Positions 1-10,218 of a DNA stretch of 20,294 nucleotides are shown one piece after another. The notes beneath the pieces are model-generated. The model was given only the letters and a program-made list of their open reading frames with translations, was not told the DNA's origin and did not search any database. Location of the stretch: assembly GCA_001179505.1 (NCBI GenBank), contig CDMY01000785.1, positions 1-20,294 on the forward strand, given 5' to 3'. Each line of letters opens with the position of its first letter. Position 1 is the first letter of the stretch. A program made the position numbers and the translations under genes. This DNA is from Vitrella brassicaformis CCMP3155. Lineage: Eukaryota > Protista > Chromerida.

Positions 1-2302
1 ACCAGACGAAAGAGGCCCTTGGCAGCTCAGAAGACGGGCGCGGGCTCTGCTGTCGGGGGGGAGGGAGTTGAAGAGCTCGTTGAAGCGGAACTTGTGCAGT
101 TGATCGGTCAGGCGCTGCTGTAGCCGAACCTGCGGTCTCGAGAGAAAGTCTTGGAGGGAGGGGAGGGAGAAGGAGGGGCCGACCACCTCAGAGATGGCAG
201 CGAGGGCGGGGACTGCCGGTCGAAGCCATGGCAATCCAAAAGAGCAGCGGGCCCACCCTGAGGCATCCACGGTGCTCCTCGGAACCGGCTAGAGACGTCA
301 AAAGCCGTCACACCGATCGAGCCCAGAAAAGCAGCACGGGCAATCGTGGATGCGGAGACAAGGCCAAACCCTCCCAGCCGGATGGGTAGCTGCACTTGTG
401 CGGAAACCGAGTCGGGGAAGTCGCCGGGAAAGCGGAACATGCGCCTGAATGCCCTGATAATGGCGGCGTCATGTCGCTCGGCGGCTGCCAGGGAGACATC
501 GGATTCTGGGGGGAGGAGGCGCAGCCAATAGTTCAGCCGGGGGGATGCACAATAGCGGAGAAGTAGGCCTGAGCCCTGTAATCCCTTCTGAGCAAAAGTC
601 ACGATTGCGTCGAGCAGCGGTTGGTGGCCGTTGGTGATCTTCTCGAGGCTATGCTGGATGAAAGAGTTGCCGCCAAGCGGGCAGCCGAGGACAGTGATGC
701 CATCAGTGGAGCACTTGACGCCGGAAGCAGCGATGTCCGCCGGGATGTCGGAGTCTTGTTGCCAGCGGGGGCTCCATGCAGCGCTCTTGTCTCTCCGCAG
801 CCGCAACTTCTTCTCGGCCAGAAGCTGCTCGGCTCTGTCCACATACCCCGTGACACGTGTCTCGTCCAGTCCACCATCGATGTCATCCATGAACGCACTA
901 ACGAAGGCGTCGGGGAACTCCTCTTGCAGCTTGACGAGGGCGGGATGGAGGCCCAGGCAGAAGAGGAAAGGGCCCGCCGCGTCGCCTTGCTGAGTGCCCT
1001 CCTGACTGAGGATGGTCTCTGTGCGTCCGTCCTCCATCCGATACCATAGTTCGGCCGGGGTACCGTAGAACGGCCACTTTGTGCCGAGCGCGTCGAGGAT
1101 CGCCTGTCGGTCGATGCTGTTGAAGGCGTTCTTGCAATCCAAAGTCACCAAAACCCGTCTATCGGAGTCATCGCGGCGTGTCTCCATGTAGGTCTGACAG
1201 GCCCGGAAAATCTTCTCTCCGCCTGCCGACGTGCCAACCGCAAACTGTAGAGGCGCGAAGTCGTCCTCAAAGGCCAGCTTGTCCTCCATACAGACTGCCT
1301 TCGTCACCCATCTCCGAAGCACATCACCCACAGCAATCGGCCGGACACCACCGTTGTCCTTCATCAGAGCGAAAGGCGGGCCGCCGAGAGAGTCGTGGTG
1401 CAGCTGTCCGGCATGTTCCCAGCAAGCATCCGGTTGACAAAGGAGGGTAGAGGGACGGCCCCGTCTTCTGCCGAGGCGTCACCCTCTCCCATGCAGGCAC
1501 GAAGATGCTCATACCGCCATCCCGTAGGGCCGGCTGCGGAGCCTCGCGGCGCCGTCTTGAGGGCAGCTAGTAGAACTCTGGGCGGGACCGTGAGAGGGAC
1601 GGCCGGCTCATCTGGGCTGTTCTGGGTCTGCGGCTTTCTAGGGAGCGGGGCTGCCGGGTGTAGTTCCTTGAGCTGCTGGAGCGTTGCCGCTGTCGCCGGA
1701 GCGACCTTGGCGGCCGTCAGCCGCCTCGCCGCACGCGACAGCTCTCCCTGTCTCACAAATCTCTCTATTTCCTCCAGGGATGGCTCAGACACGCCGTCCA
1801 CCGGTCCATCGCCGCGTGGAGCGAATACGTGGCGACCCTGTTCAGCAAAATTCCTAGACTCGTCGAGCAATCCTTGCCACTCTCCAGCCCAGAACCGCTT
1901 GAAGCGAGCACGCCATTTGCGGTGGCCGCCGTCTCCGCCGCGATTCATCGGGAAGAGCAGCATAGTCGGCACGAAAATGGCTATCAGGCAGCCGACATCC
2001 GAGTCCTCTTCGTCCTTCACGTACTTCTCGGTAGTGTCCACCACCATCCTTAGCGATTCCCGGACACACCCAGGTATGCGGCATATGGTGCGAACGCCCA
2101 GCTTGAAGTGATCATCCCGTTGCTCGGCGGTGAGGCTGCGGAGATAATCAAGCCCACGCTGCGGGAAAATGCCTTTCGAGCGAAACCAGTGGGAGTCGTG
2201 GGGCGGGTCTGGTGGTGGACCTGAGGGAGGTGGAGGTCCTCCGCCGTTTGGGGGCGGCCCATTGCCGCCCGAGTCACCATCTCCTGCTCCGCCATCCCCC
2301 GG
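1..2302 (-). pseudogene. Reverse transcriptase region of the retroelement ORF (copy A), frameshifted
   Basis: ORFs 1364..2047 and 108..1364 join if the 1-nt deletion at about 1372 is repaired (gcgaaaggc here, gcgaaaaggc in copy B). A second frameshift at about 233 restores PWLRPAVPALAAISEVV...FNSLPPDSRARARLLSCQGPLSSG, open to base 1. Catalytic FMDD at 882-893. A 15-nt deletion near 1767 removes KLRAA. Confidence 0.92.
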
Positions 2303-2602
2303 NNNNNNNNNNNNNNNNNNNNNNNNNNNNNNNNNNNNNNNNNNNNNNNNNNNNNNNNNNNNNNNNNNNNNNNNNNNNNNNNNNNNNNNNNNNNNNNNNN
2401 NNNNNNNNNNNNNNNNNNNNNNNNNNNNNNNNNNNNNNNNNNNNNNNNNNNNNNNNNNNNNNNNNNNNNNNNNNNNNNNNNNNNNNNNNNNNNNNNNNNN
2501 NNNNNNNNNNNNNNNNNNNNNNNNNNNNNNNNNNNNNNNNNNNNNNNNNNNNNNNNNNNNNNNNNNNNNNNNNNNNNNNNNNNNNNNNNNNNNNNNNNNN
2601 NN
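2303..2602. other. Assembly gap (300 N)
   Basis: Run of 300 N. Confidence 1.
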
Positions 2603-3852
2603 CCGTTGTCCTTCATCAGAGCGAAAAGGCGGGCCGCCGAGAGAGTCGTGGTGCAGCTGTCCGGCATGTTCCCAGCGAGCATCCGGTTGACAAAGGAGGG
2701 TAGAGGGACGGTCCCGTCTTCTGCCGAGGCGTCACCCTCTCCCATGCAGGCACGAAGATGCTCATACCGCCATCCCGTAGGGCCGGCTGCGGAGCCTCGC
2801 GGCGCCGTCTTGAGGGCAGCTAGTAGAACTCTGGGCGGGACCGTGAGAGGGACGGCCGGCTCATCTGGGCTGTTCTGGGTCTGCGGCTTTCTAGGGAGCG
2901 GGGCTGCCGGGTGTAGTTCCTTGAGCTGCTGGAGCGTTGCCGCTGTCGCCGGAGCGACCTTGGCGGCCGTCAGCCGCCTCGCCGCACGCGACAGCTCTCC
3001 CTATCTCACAAATCTCTCTGCCGCTCGCAGCTTGATTTCCTCCAGGGATGGCTCAGACACGCCGTCCACCGGTCCATCGCCGCGTGGAGCGAATACGTGG
3101 CGACCCTGTTCAGCAAAATTCCTAGACTCGTCGAGCAATCCTTGCCACTCTCCAGCCCAGAAGCGCTTGAAGCGAGCACGCCATTTGCGGTGGCCGCCGT
3201 CTCCGCCGCGATTCATCGGGAAGAGCAGCATAGTCGGCACGAAAATGGCTATCAGGCAGCCGACATCCGAGTCCTCTTCGTCCTTCACGTACTTCTCGGT
3301 AGTGTCCACCACCATCCTTAGCGATTCCCGGACACACCCAGGTATGCGGCATATGGTGCGAACGCCCAGCTTGAAGTGATCATCCCGTTGCTCGGCGGTG
3401 AGGCTGCGGAGATAATCAAGCCCACGCTGCGGGAAAATGCCTTTCGAGCGAAACCAGTGGGAGTCGTGGGGCGGGTCTGGTGGTGGACCTGAGGGAGGTG
3501 GAGGTCCTCCGCCGTTTGGGGGCGGCCCATTGCCGCCCGAGTCACCATCTCCTGCTCCGCCATCCCCCGGGTCACCGGGTGGCGGGCCGGGCGGCGGGGG
3601 GGGCCGAATCCGCCTCCACCTCGAGCACCGCGGACGCCTCGTGGGGCTCCACGCGTTCCTCTACCGCGACCTCTCCCCCGAGCTCGGCGCGGCGGCGGTA
3701 CGGGCTGCGAAGCACCACCTTCACCATCCCCGCCTCGCCCCGTCGTATCACGGTCATCTAAGGGCATGTCTCGGGTGTCTAGAGCCGGGTTGACCGTGTC
3801 TCGGTTGATCGAAGGCGGTGGCGGTGGCGGGGGAGGCGGAGGGGGTGGGGGT
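2603..3852 (-). repeat. Copy B: near-identical duplicate of the Pro-rich linker and pre-RT region
   Basis: 2603-3562 matches 1351-2302 and 2957-3852 matches 4153-5052. Private CAG>TAG stop at 3001-3003. Confidence 0.95.
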
Positions 3853-4152
3853 NNNNNNNNNNNNNNNNNNNNNNNNNNNNNNNNNNNNNNNNNNNNNNNN
3901 NNNNNNNNNNNNNNNNNNNNNNNNNNNNNNNNNNNNNNNNNNNNNNNNNNNNNNNNNNNNNNNNNNNNNNNNNNNNNNNNNNNNNNNNNNNNNNNNNNNN
4001 NNNNNNNNNNNNNNNNNNNNNNNNNNNNNNNNNNNNNNNNNNNNNNNNNNNNNNNNNNNNNNNNNNNNNNNNNNNNNNNNNNNNNNNNNNNNNNNNNNNN
4101 NNNNNNNNNNNNNNNNNNNNNNNNNNNNNNNNNNNNNNNNNNNNNNNNNNNN
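3853..4152. other. Assembly gap (300 N)
   Basis: Run of 300 N. Confidence 1.
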
Positions 4153-5637
4153 ACCTTGGCGGCCGTCAGCCGCCTCGCCGCACGCGACAGCTCTCCCTGT
4201 CTCACAAATCTCTCTGCCGCTCGCAGCTTGATTTCCTCCAGGGATGGCACCGGTCCATCGCCGCGTGGAGTGAATACGTGGCGACCCTGTTCAGCAAAAT
4301 TCCTAGACTCGTCGAGCAATCCTTGCCACTCTCCAGCCCAGAACCGCTTGAAGCGAGCACGCCATTTGCGGTGGCCGCCGTCTCCGCCGCGATTCATCGG
4401 GAAGAGCAGCATAGTCGGCACGAAAATGGCTATCAGGCAGCCGACATCCGAGTCCTCTTCGTCCTTCACGTACTTCTCGGTAGTGTCCACCACCATCCTT
4501 AGCGATTCCCGGACACACCCAGGTATGCGGCATATGGTGCGAACGCCCAGCTTGAAGTGATCATCCCGTTGCTCGGCGGTGAGGCTGCGGAGATAATCAA
4601 GCCCACGCTGCGGGAAAATGCCTCTCGAGCGAAACCAGTGGGAGTCGTGGGGCGGGTCTGGTGGTGGACCTGAGGGAGGTGGAGGTCCTCCGCCGTTTGG
4701 GGGCGGCCCATTGCCGCCCGAGTCACCATCTCCTGCTCCGCCATCCCCCGGGTCACCGGGTGGCGGGCCGGGTGGCGGGCCGGGTGGCGGGCCGGGCGGC
4801 GGCGGGGGTGCGAATCCGCCTCCACCTCGAGCACCGCGGAGCCCCACTTGGTCTCCACGCGTTCCTCTACCGCGACCTCTCCCCCGAGCTCGGCGCGGCG
4901 GCGGTACGGGCTGCGAAGCACCACCTTCACCATCCCCGCCTCGCCCCGTCGTATCACGGTCATTTAAGGGCATGTCTCGGGTGTCTAGAGCCGGGTTGAC
5001 CGTGTCTCGGTTGATCGAAGGCGGTGGCGGTGGCGGGGGAGGCGGAGGGGGTGGGGGTGGGGGTGGTGGTGGTGTCGGTGGAGGTGGGGGTGATGGAGGA
5101 GGCGGTTGAGAGCCTCCTTCCGGCTTCGAAGCGGAGGGCGGCGGGGGAGGGTTGGGCGCAGTCTGCTGTCGTCGCAACTCACGGGCCCGACGGCCTCTCC
5201 CCCTGTGTTGCCCCACCTCCCGCTGACGGAAGCATTGACCGCCACAGAAAGCCGTACATATCATACATCTGCCAAAACCTCTGCTCCTTGCTGAGCGCCG
5301 GCGGGCGTCTGCCGGCGGCTGAGAGGAGGGCGTAGGGGCGGCGGAGTCATCAAGCCAAGCTGACAGAACGTCTCTCGAGTCGCGAAGCCCTTCTGGAGGA
5401 TCCGGGTTCTCCGGATCAAAGCCTTCACGTGCTGCAATCTCCGGTGCGGCTGAAGGTCGTGTGTCGTCCCACGCATTGAGGATGTCCTCCGATTCTCGAA
5501 GGCCCCCGGGCGGGTCACGATTGTCCGGATCGTAGCCTTCGCGCGACGTCATGTCAGCCAGAGCCTCAGGTCTGCCAGGGGGAAGCGTGGGGCGATCGCC
5601 GCCATTTGGCCCCGCCGCCAAAGATGGGTCCGCACCC
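4153..5637 (-). pseudogene. Copy C: linker part of the retroelement ORF (acidic repeat, Cys motif, poly-Pro, RG-rich, pre-RT)
   Basis: Open frame throughout (part of track ORF 3318..7508). Private 15-nt deletion near 4248 removes DGVSE. The 12-nt unit ggtggcgggccg is expanded at about 4759-4795. Confidence 0.85.
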
Positions 5638-5937
5638 NNNNNNNNNNNNNNNNNNNNNNNNNNNNNNNNNNNNNNNNNNNNNNNNNNNNNNNNNNNNNNN
5701 NNNNNNNNNNNNNNNNNNNNNNNNNNNNNNNNNNNNNNNNNNNNNNNNNNNNNNNNNNNNNNNNNNNNNNNNNNNNNNNNNNNNNNNNNNNNNNNNNNNN
5801 NNNNNNNNNNNNNNNNNNNNNNNNNNNNNNNNNNNNNNNNNNNNNNNNNNNNNNNNNNNNNNNNNNNNNNNNNNNNNNNNNNNNNNNNNNNNNNNNNNNN
5901 NNNNNNNNNNNNNNNNNNNNNNNNNNNNNNNNNNNNN
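5638..5937. other. Assembly gap (300 N)
   Basis: Run of 300 N. Confidence 1.
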
Positions 5938-6476
5938 CCTCCCCTGCCCCCTGTCAAATCGCGGTCATCCGCAATATCCATCCATCCGCATCCATCCATG
6001 GTGTCTCCCACTTCACTTGTCCTGTCGACTTCTCGGCCATCTCCTGTGGGCAGGGCTGCATTGCCATTGACCGAATCTATGTGGGTGTCCTGATCCTGCT
6101 GTTGTTGCAGGCCACTAGAAGCCACTTCCTCCTCCCATTCCTCACATGACGGTGCCGCCGCCCCCTCTTGCAAACGCCTGCGGGTGCGGCGTTGCCGTTG
6201 TCTATCAGTGCGACGCTGGCGTCGGATGCCCGAGCGGGGGGAGGTCTGTAGATCGGCGATGCCCTCTGGGTGAGAAGGAGGCGGGACGAGGCGGGTCGGT
6301 CCATTGGTGGCAGCTGGGGGACGTGTCTCCGATGGACTCCCAAGGCCGTCTGACGGGCCCGCGGCATGGCCGTCAACTCTCGCGACCTCAGCGCAGGCGC
6401 AGGGCCACTCACCACATCGGCACCAGTCGCCTGCAACTTCCCCACGCGCTGCGGGGTCACTCCCATCCAACGGTAG

Positions 6477-6960
6477 CAGGGACATGAAGTGGTTGCCAGC
6501 GTAGAAAATGAAGAGTATCGGCGGGGGTGGAGGGAAGGGCTCCAGGACCGTCCTGGGCCGCTGCACACGTCCGCCCTCAGGGTGAACTGTGTCATGCTCG
6601 CGGAGCAGGTGCGGGACGGTGGGGTCTTCGAATTGTTCCTCGGCAAGGACACAGAGAACGATGGAGGCTCCCGTCACGTTGGCCAGAGAGCGTACGTCAC
6701 ACTCGGTAAGTGACGAATTCTGCATGACGTCCAAGATGTGGTCGCGAGGACTCGCAAAAAAGGCGTCCAATTGACCCGACGAACGCCGCCGTTCAAGGTC
6801 CTCCACCACCAGCCGGCGCAATTCTGCCGGTCCGGGGATAGGGATGGGAAGACGATCAGCCGGCTGTCTATTGGAGAGCCGAAGCCGCTCCAGACGCAGC
6901 TGGCGAATCGCCGCCTCAAGCAGACAATTGTTGCTGTCACCGCTCTCGTTAACGAAACGG
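6477..6960 (-). other. OTU-family cysteine protease (deubiquitinase-like) domain
   Basis: FVNESGDSNNCLLEAAIRQL (Cys box, Cys at 6924-6926), AELRRLVVEDLE, TECDVRSLANVTGASIVL and LFIFYAGNHFMSL (His box, His at 6489-6491) match the order of OTU motifs. Confidence 0.8.
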
Positions 6961-7355
6961 AACGCGATGCTGTAGCCTGCAGAGTGAAGAAGGCCACCCC
7001 GCTGTTGAAGTTGGCTGAGAGACGGAAGCCGAGGGGGGAACACCATGCTGCGCAGTGCAGCCGCTCGCACGGGGCTCTCAACAGCGATTGTCGCCAAAGC
7101 AAGACGCACTGTGTCTTCGCAGAGCTCACCGGTGCCTATCATCATCCGGATCCGAGCGGGGTTGTCATCGCGCGAGCGGCCGGCGGCGAGAGGGCCAACC
7201 AGCAGTCCAAAGGTCCGCAAGAGACATGTCACAGGTAGGTGAAAGCGCTCCTCATAGAGGCGGCCCTCAGCAAATCCATCCCACGAAGAGGGAGGCCACC
7301 CCCACTCCCTTTCTAGCTCCAAGAGGGCGGCATGCCAGGGCTGTTCTGCAAAAGA

Positions 7356-7505
7356 ACAGTGCTCCTCGTTCCCCACCATGCGCGAATTCCGGCGGGCGGA
7401 CTCCTCTGCCTCCACACAAGGCCCGCAGACGAGCGAATTGCAGGCCCGGCACGACAGATGGCGAAAGTCCTCGCCAGATGGCCGTGGAAGAGAGCATCCA
7501 GGACA
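7356..7505 (-). other. FYVE-like zinc finger
   Basis: CPGC-x14-CRAC-x4-CGPC...HC. RHLSCRACNSLVCGPC resembles the FYVE R(R/K)HHCRxCGxVxCxxC core but lacks the HH pair. Confidence 0.55.
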
Positions 7506-7895
7506 CACGCGGTCCTCAGAGGAGGGGGGAGGGGGTCGGAGGGGATCGGGGGCGAGGACAAGGGCGGAGACATCAGAGACACCAAGCAGACACTCTGGGC
7601 AGAAGGCGACGGGTCACGCGGGAGAGAGGGCCAGTGGTCATGGAGGCAGACGAAGTCCCTCGCAGGCCGGTCCTCAAAACACACCGGACATGTCTCAAAT
7701 GCAGAATCCAAACTCATCACCCCGAAGAGCAAAAAGAGTAGAGACAGGGCGAGTCCGCCAGGTAGCATACGGGGGGAAGTCAGAGTATTGACCGAACGCG
7801 AGTCCGCACACTCAAACAACAGTGTAGAGCATGCAGCGGCCACCCGTTCGCGTGTCTCTTCGGCTAGAGCCGGTCGGCAAAATCAGGAAGGTCCA

Positions 7896-8184
7896 GGCAC
7901 ACGGCCTGCAGCAACGGTCACTCCTCAATAGGCACACGGCCCACCTCGACGCCGGCTCACGGCCGGAGAAGGCAATTCCTCAGGCCCACGGCCAGGCGGC
8001 ACAGGCGCACGGCCTGTCGCAGAGAGCTGTCCTCCAGCAACCACACTCGACACTGGCACACGGCCAGCAACCACACTCGACACCGGCGCACGGCCGGCCG
8101 GGGCGTCCACCGGGCGCAAACAGGCTCACGGCCTGGCAGCGACGTCTTCAGATACACGCGGCACGCTTACACTGGCACACGGCC
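7896..8184. promoter_or_regulatory. Array of nine GGCNCACGGCC motifs in the element 5' UTR (copy D)
   Basis: Exact matches start at 7896, 7931, 7954, 7983, 8004, 8055, 8085, 8123 and 8174; includes a 30-nt tandem duplication at 8034-8093. The regulatory role is inferred. Confidence 0.6.
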
Positions 8185-8312
8185 AGTCACGAAAGCCTCA
8201 GATAGCCTCCGAAAGCCGCAGGCCAGCAGGTCCTTCGCGGGGTCGGTAAGGGGTCAACAAGACGTGGGAAGCCGAGGCATGCCATGCATTATCTGTGCTG
8301 TCCTCTCTGCCG

Positions 8313-8356
8313 CTGTCTGTTTGTCTGTCTGTCTGTTGTGTGTCTGTGTGTCTGTC
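8313..8356. repeat. Imperfect (CTGT)n/(TG)n microsatellite
   Basis: ctgtctgtttgtctgtctgtctgttgtgtgtctgtgtgtctgtc, about 35 bp from the 5' junction of copy D. Confidence 0.8.
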
Positions 8357-8845
8357 TTCTGAGTGTAGCTGATCTGCCGGCACACTGCTGGTGCCTGAAG
8401 GGGGGGAGAGACGATCGCAAGAGCTCAAAGCGTGCAAGAGAGATCCTTTGCGTGAAACCTTTAGCTGAAGCATCAAAAAGCACTGGCTGGCCACCTGGGG
8501 ATGGGCGGTATCTACGTATGGAGTCATGGTGCAGGATGCACGCATGCACGCCGCCTTCAAGCTGCTGCTGGGGTGGCGTGTGTGCGCCGTTGTGTGCCTG
8601 CCTGCCTGTATGTTGCCGTCGTTCGCAGCGCATTGCATATCCTCCTGTTTGCTGCATCTGCCCTCTGCGTGCTGCGTGTTGCGTGTCCGGGTTGCATGTT
8701 AGGGTGCGTGTTTTCATGTTGGACAGACCGACAGGGGACTTGGCCGCCAGGCCGCCTAGGGTGCTCCCTGAAACCGCTACTACAAAAAACCTGTAGGCAG
8801 CAGCAGGATGGCTCCCGCTATCGCACGTCCTACGGTTGATTCATC

Positions 8846-9145
8846 NNNNNNNNNNNNNNNNNNNNNNNNNNNNNNNNNNNNNNNNNNNNNNNNNNNNNNN
8901 NNNNNNNNNNNNNNNNNNNNNNNNNNNNNNNNNNNNNNNNNNNNNNNNNNNNNNNNNNNNNNNNNNNNNNNNNNNNNNNNNNNNNNNNNNNNNNNNNNNN
9001 NNNNNNNNNNNNNNNNNNNNNNNNNNNNNNNNNNNNNNNNNNNNNNNNNNNNNNNNNNNNNNNNNNNNNNNNNNNNNNNNNNNNNNNNNNNNNNNNNNNN
9101 NNNNNNNNNNNNNNNNNNNNNNNNNNNNNNNNNNNNNNNNNNNNN
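8846..9145. other. Assembly gap (300 N)
   Basis: Run of 300 N. Confidence 1.
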
Positions 9146-9455
9146 CCCACGAAGAGGGAGGCCACCCCCACTCCCTTTCTAGCTCCAAGAGGGCGGCATG
9201 CCAGAGCTGTTCTGCAAAAGGACAGTGCTCCTCGTTCCCCACCATGCGCGAATTCCGGCGGGCGGACTCCTCTGCCTCCACACAAGGCCCGCAGACGAGC
9301 GAATTCCAGGCCCGGCACGACAGATGGCGAAAGTCCTCGCCAGATGGCCGTTGAAGAGAGCATCCAGGACACACGCGGTCCTCAGAGGAGGGGGGAGGGG
9401 GTCGGAGGGGATCGGGGGCGAGGACAAGGGCGGAGACATCAGAGACACCAAGCAG

Positions 9456-9728
9456 ACACTCTGGGCAGAAGAGGTCCCGGCCAATTGGGCACTCAATGAG
9501 GGGTGGGGGAGTTGCTGACGTGGATCCCGCCTGATGAAGCGCACACGCTCGTCCCTCGACGTAGATGGGAAGCTGAGCTCTCTGGGTCTCGGCCAGCCGC
9601 ACCACGCAATAGGTGCAGCAGCGGTGGGAGCTCTGGTCTCCCCGCGACGGGTCACGCGGGAGAGAGGGCCAGTGGTCATGGAGGCAGACGAAGTCCCTCG
9701 CAGGCCGGTCCTCAAAACACACCGGACA
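9456..9728 (-). other. RING-like zinc finger (atypical spacing)
   Basis: CPVC-x10-CLH...HRCCTYC...CPIGRDLFCPEC: CxxC, C, HxxCxxC and CxxC ligands as in C3HC4 RINGs, with insertions. Confidence 0.55.
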
Positions 9729-9932
9729 TGTCTCAAATGTAGATCCAAACTCATCACCCCAAAGAGCAAAAAGAGTAGACACAGGGCGAGTCCGCCAGGT
9801 AGCATACGGGGGGAAGTCAGAGTATTGACCGAACGCGAGTCCGCACACTCAAACAACAGTGTAGAGCATGCAGCGGCCACCCGTTCGCGTGTCTCTCCGG
9901 CTAGAGCCGGTCGGCAAAATCAGGAAGGTCCA

Positions 9933-10218
9933 GGCACACGGCCTGCAGCAACGGTCACTCAATAGGCACACGGCCCACCTCGACGCCGACTCACGGCCGG
10001 AGAAGGTAATTCCTCAGGCCCACGGCCAGGCGACACAGGCGCACGGCCTGTCGCAGAGAGCTGTCCTCCAGCAACCACACTCGACACTGGCACACGGCCA
10101 GCAACCACACTCGACACCGGCGCACGGCCGGCCGGGGCGTCCACCGGGCGCAAACAGGCTCACGGCCTGGCAGCGACGTCTTCAGATACACGCGGCACGC
10201 TTGCACTGGCACACGGCC
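9933..10218. promoter_or_regulatory. Second copy of the GGCNCACGGCC array (copy E)
   Basis: Eight exact matches (9933, 9965, 10017, 10038, 10089, 10119, 10157, 10208) plus one G>A variant at 9988. Confidence 0.6.

Larger units (their letters stand above)
5938..7717 (-). pseudogene. Copy D: N-terminal part of the retroelement ORF with zinc fingers and OTU protease
   Basis: Candidate start MSLDSAFETCPVC (ATG 7717-7715); an in-frame ATG also exists at 7843. A 172-nt deletion at 7605/7606 relative to copy E shifts the frame. The frame is then open to the gap at 5937. Confidence 0.85.

Noticed and set aside
3318-7508. 1396-aa ORF as a real single protein
   Set aside because: It reads through two 300-N gaps and repeats the same Pro-rich segment from copies C and B; it is a chimera of contigs.
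346-7931. Many plus-strand ORFs over the element
   Set aside because: These are antisense shadows of GC-rich coding sequence with no recognisable motifs.
8034-8093. 30-nt direct repeat as a CRISPR-like array
   Set aside because: Two adjacent units without spacers, in a eukaryotic retroelement UTR.
8280-8845. Possible host exons between copy D and the gap
   Set aside because: Short coding-looking stretches, but no motif or consistent exon chain; partly microsatellite.
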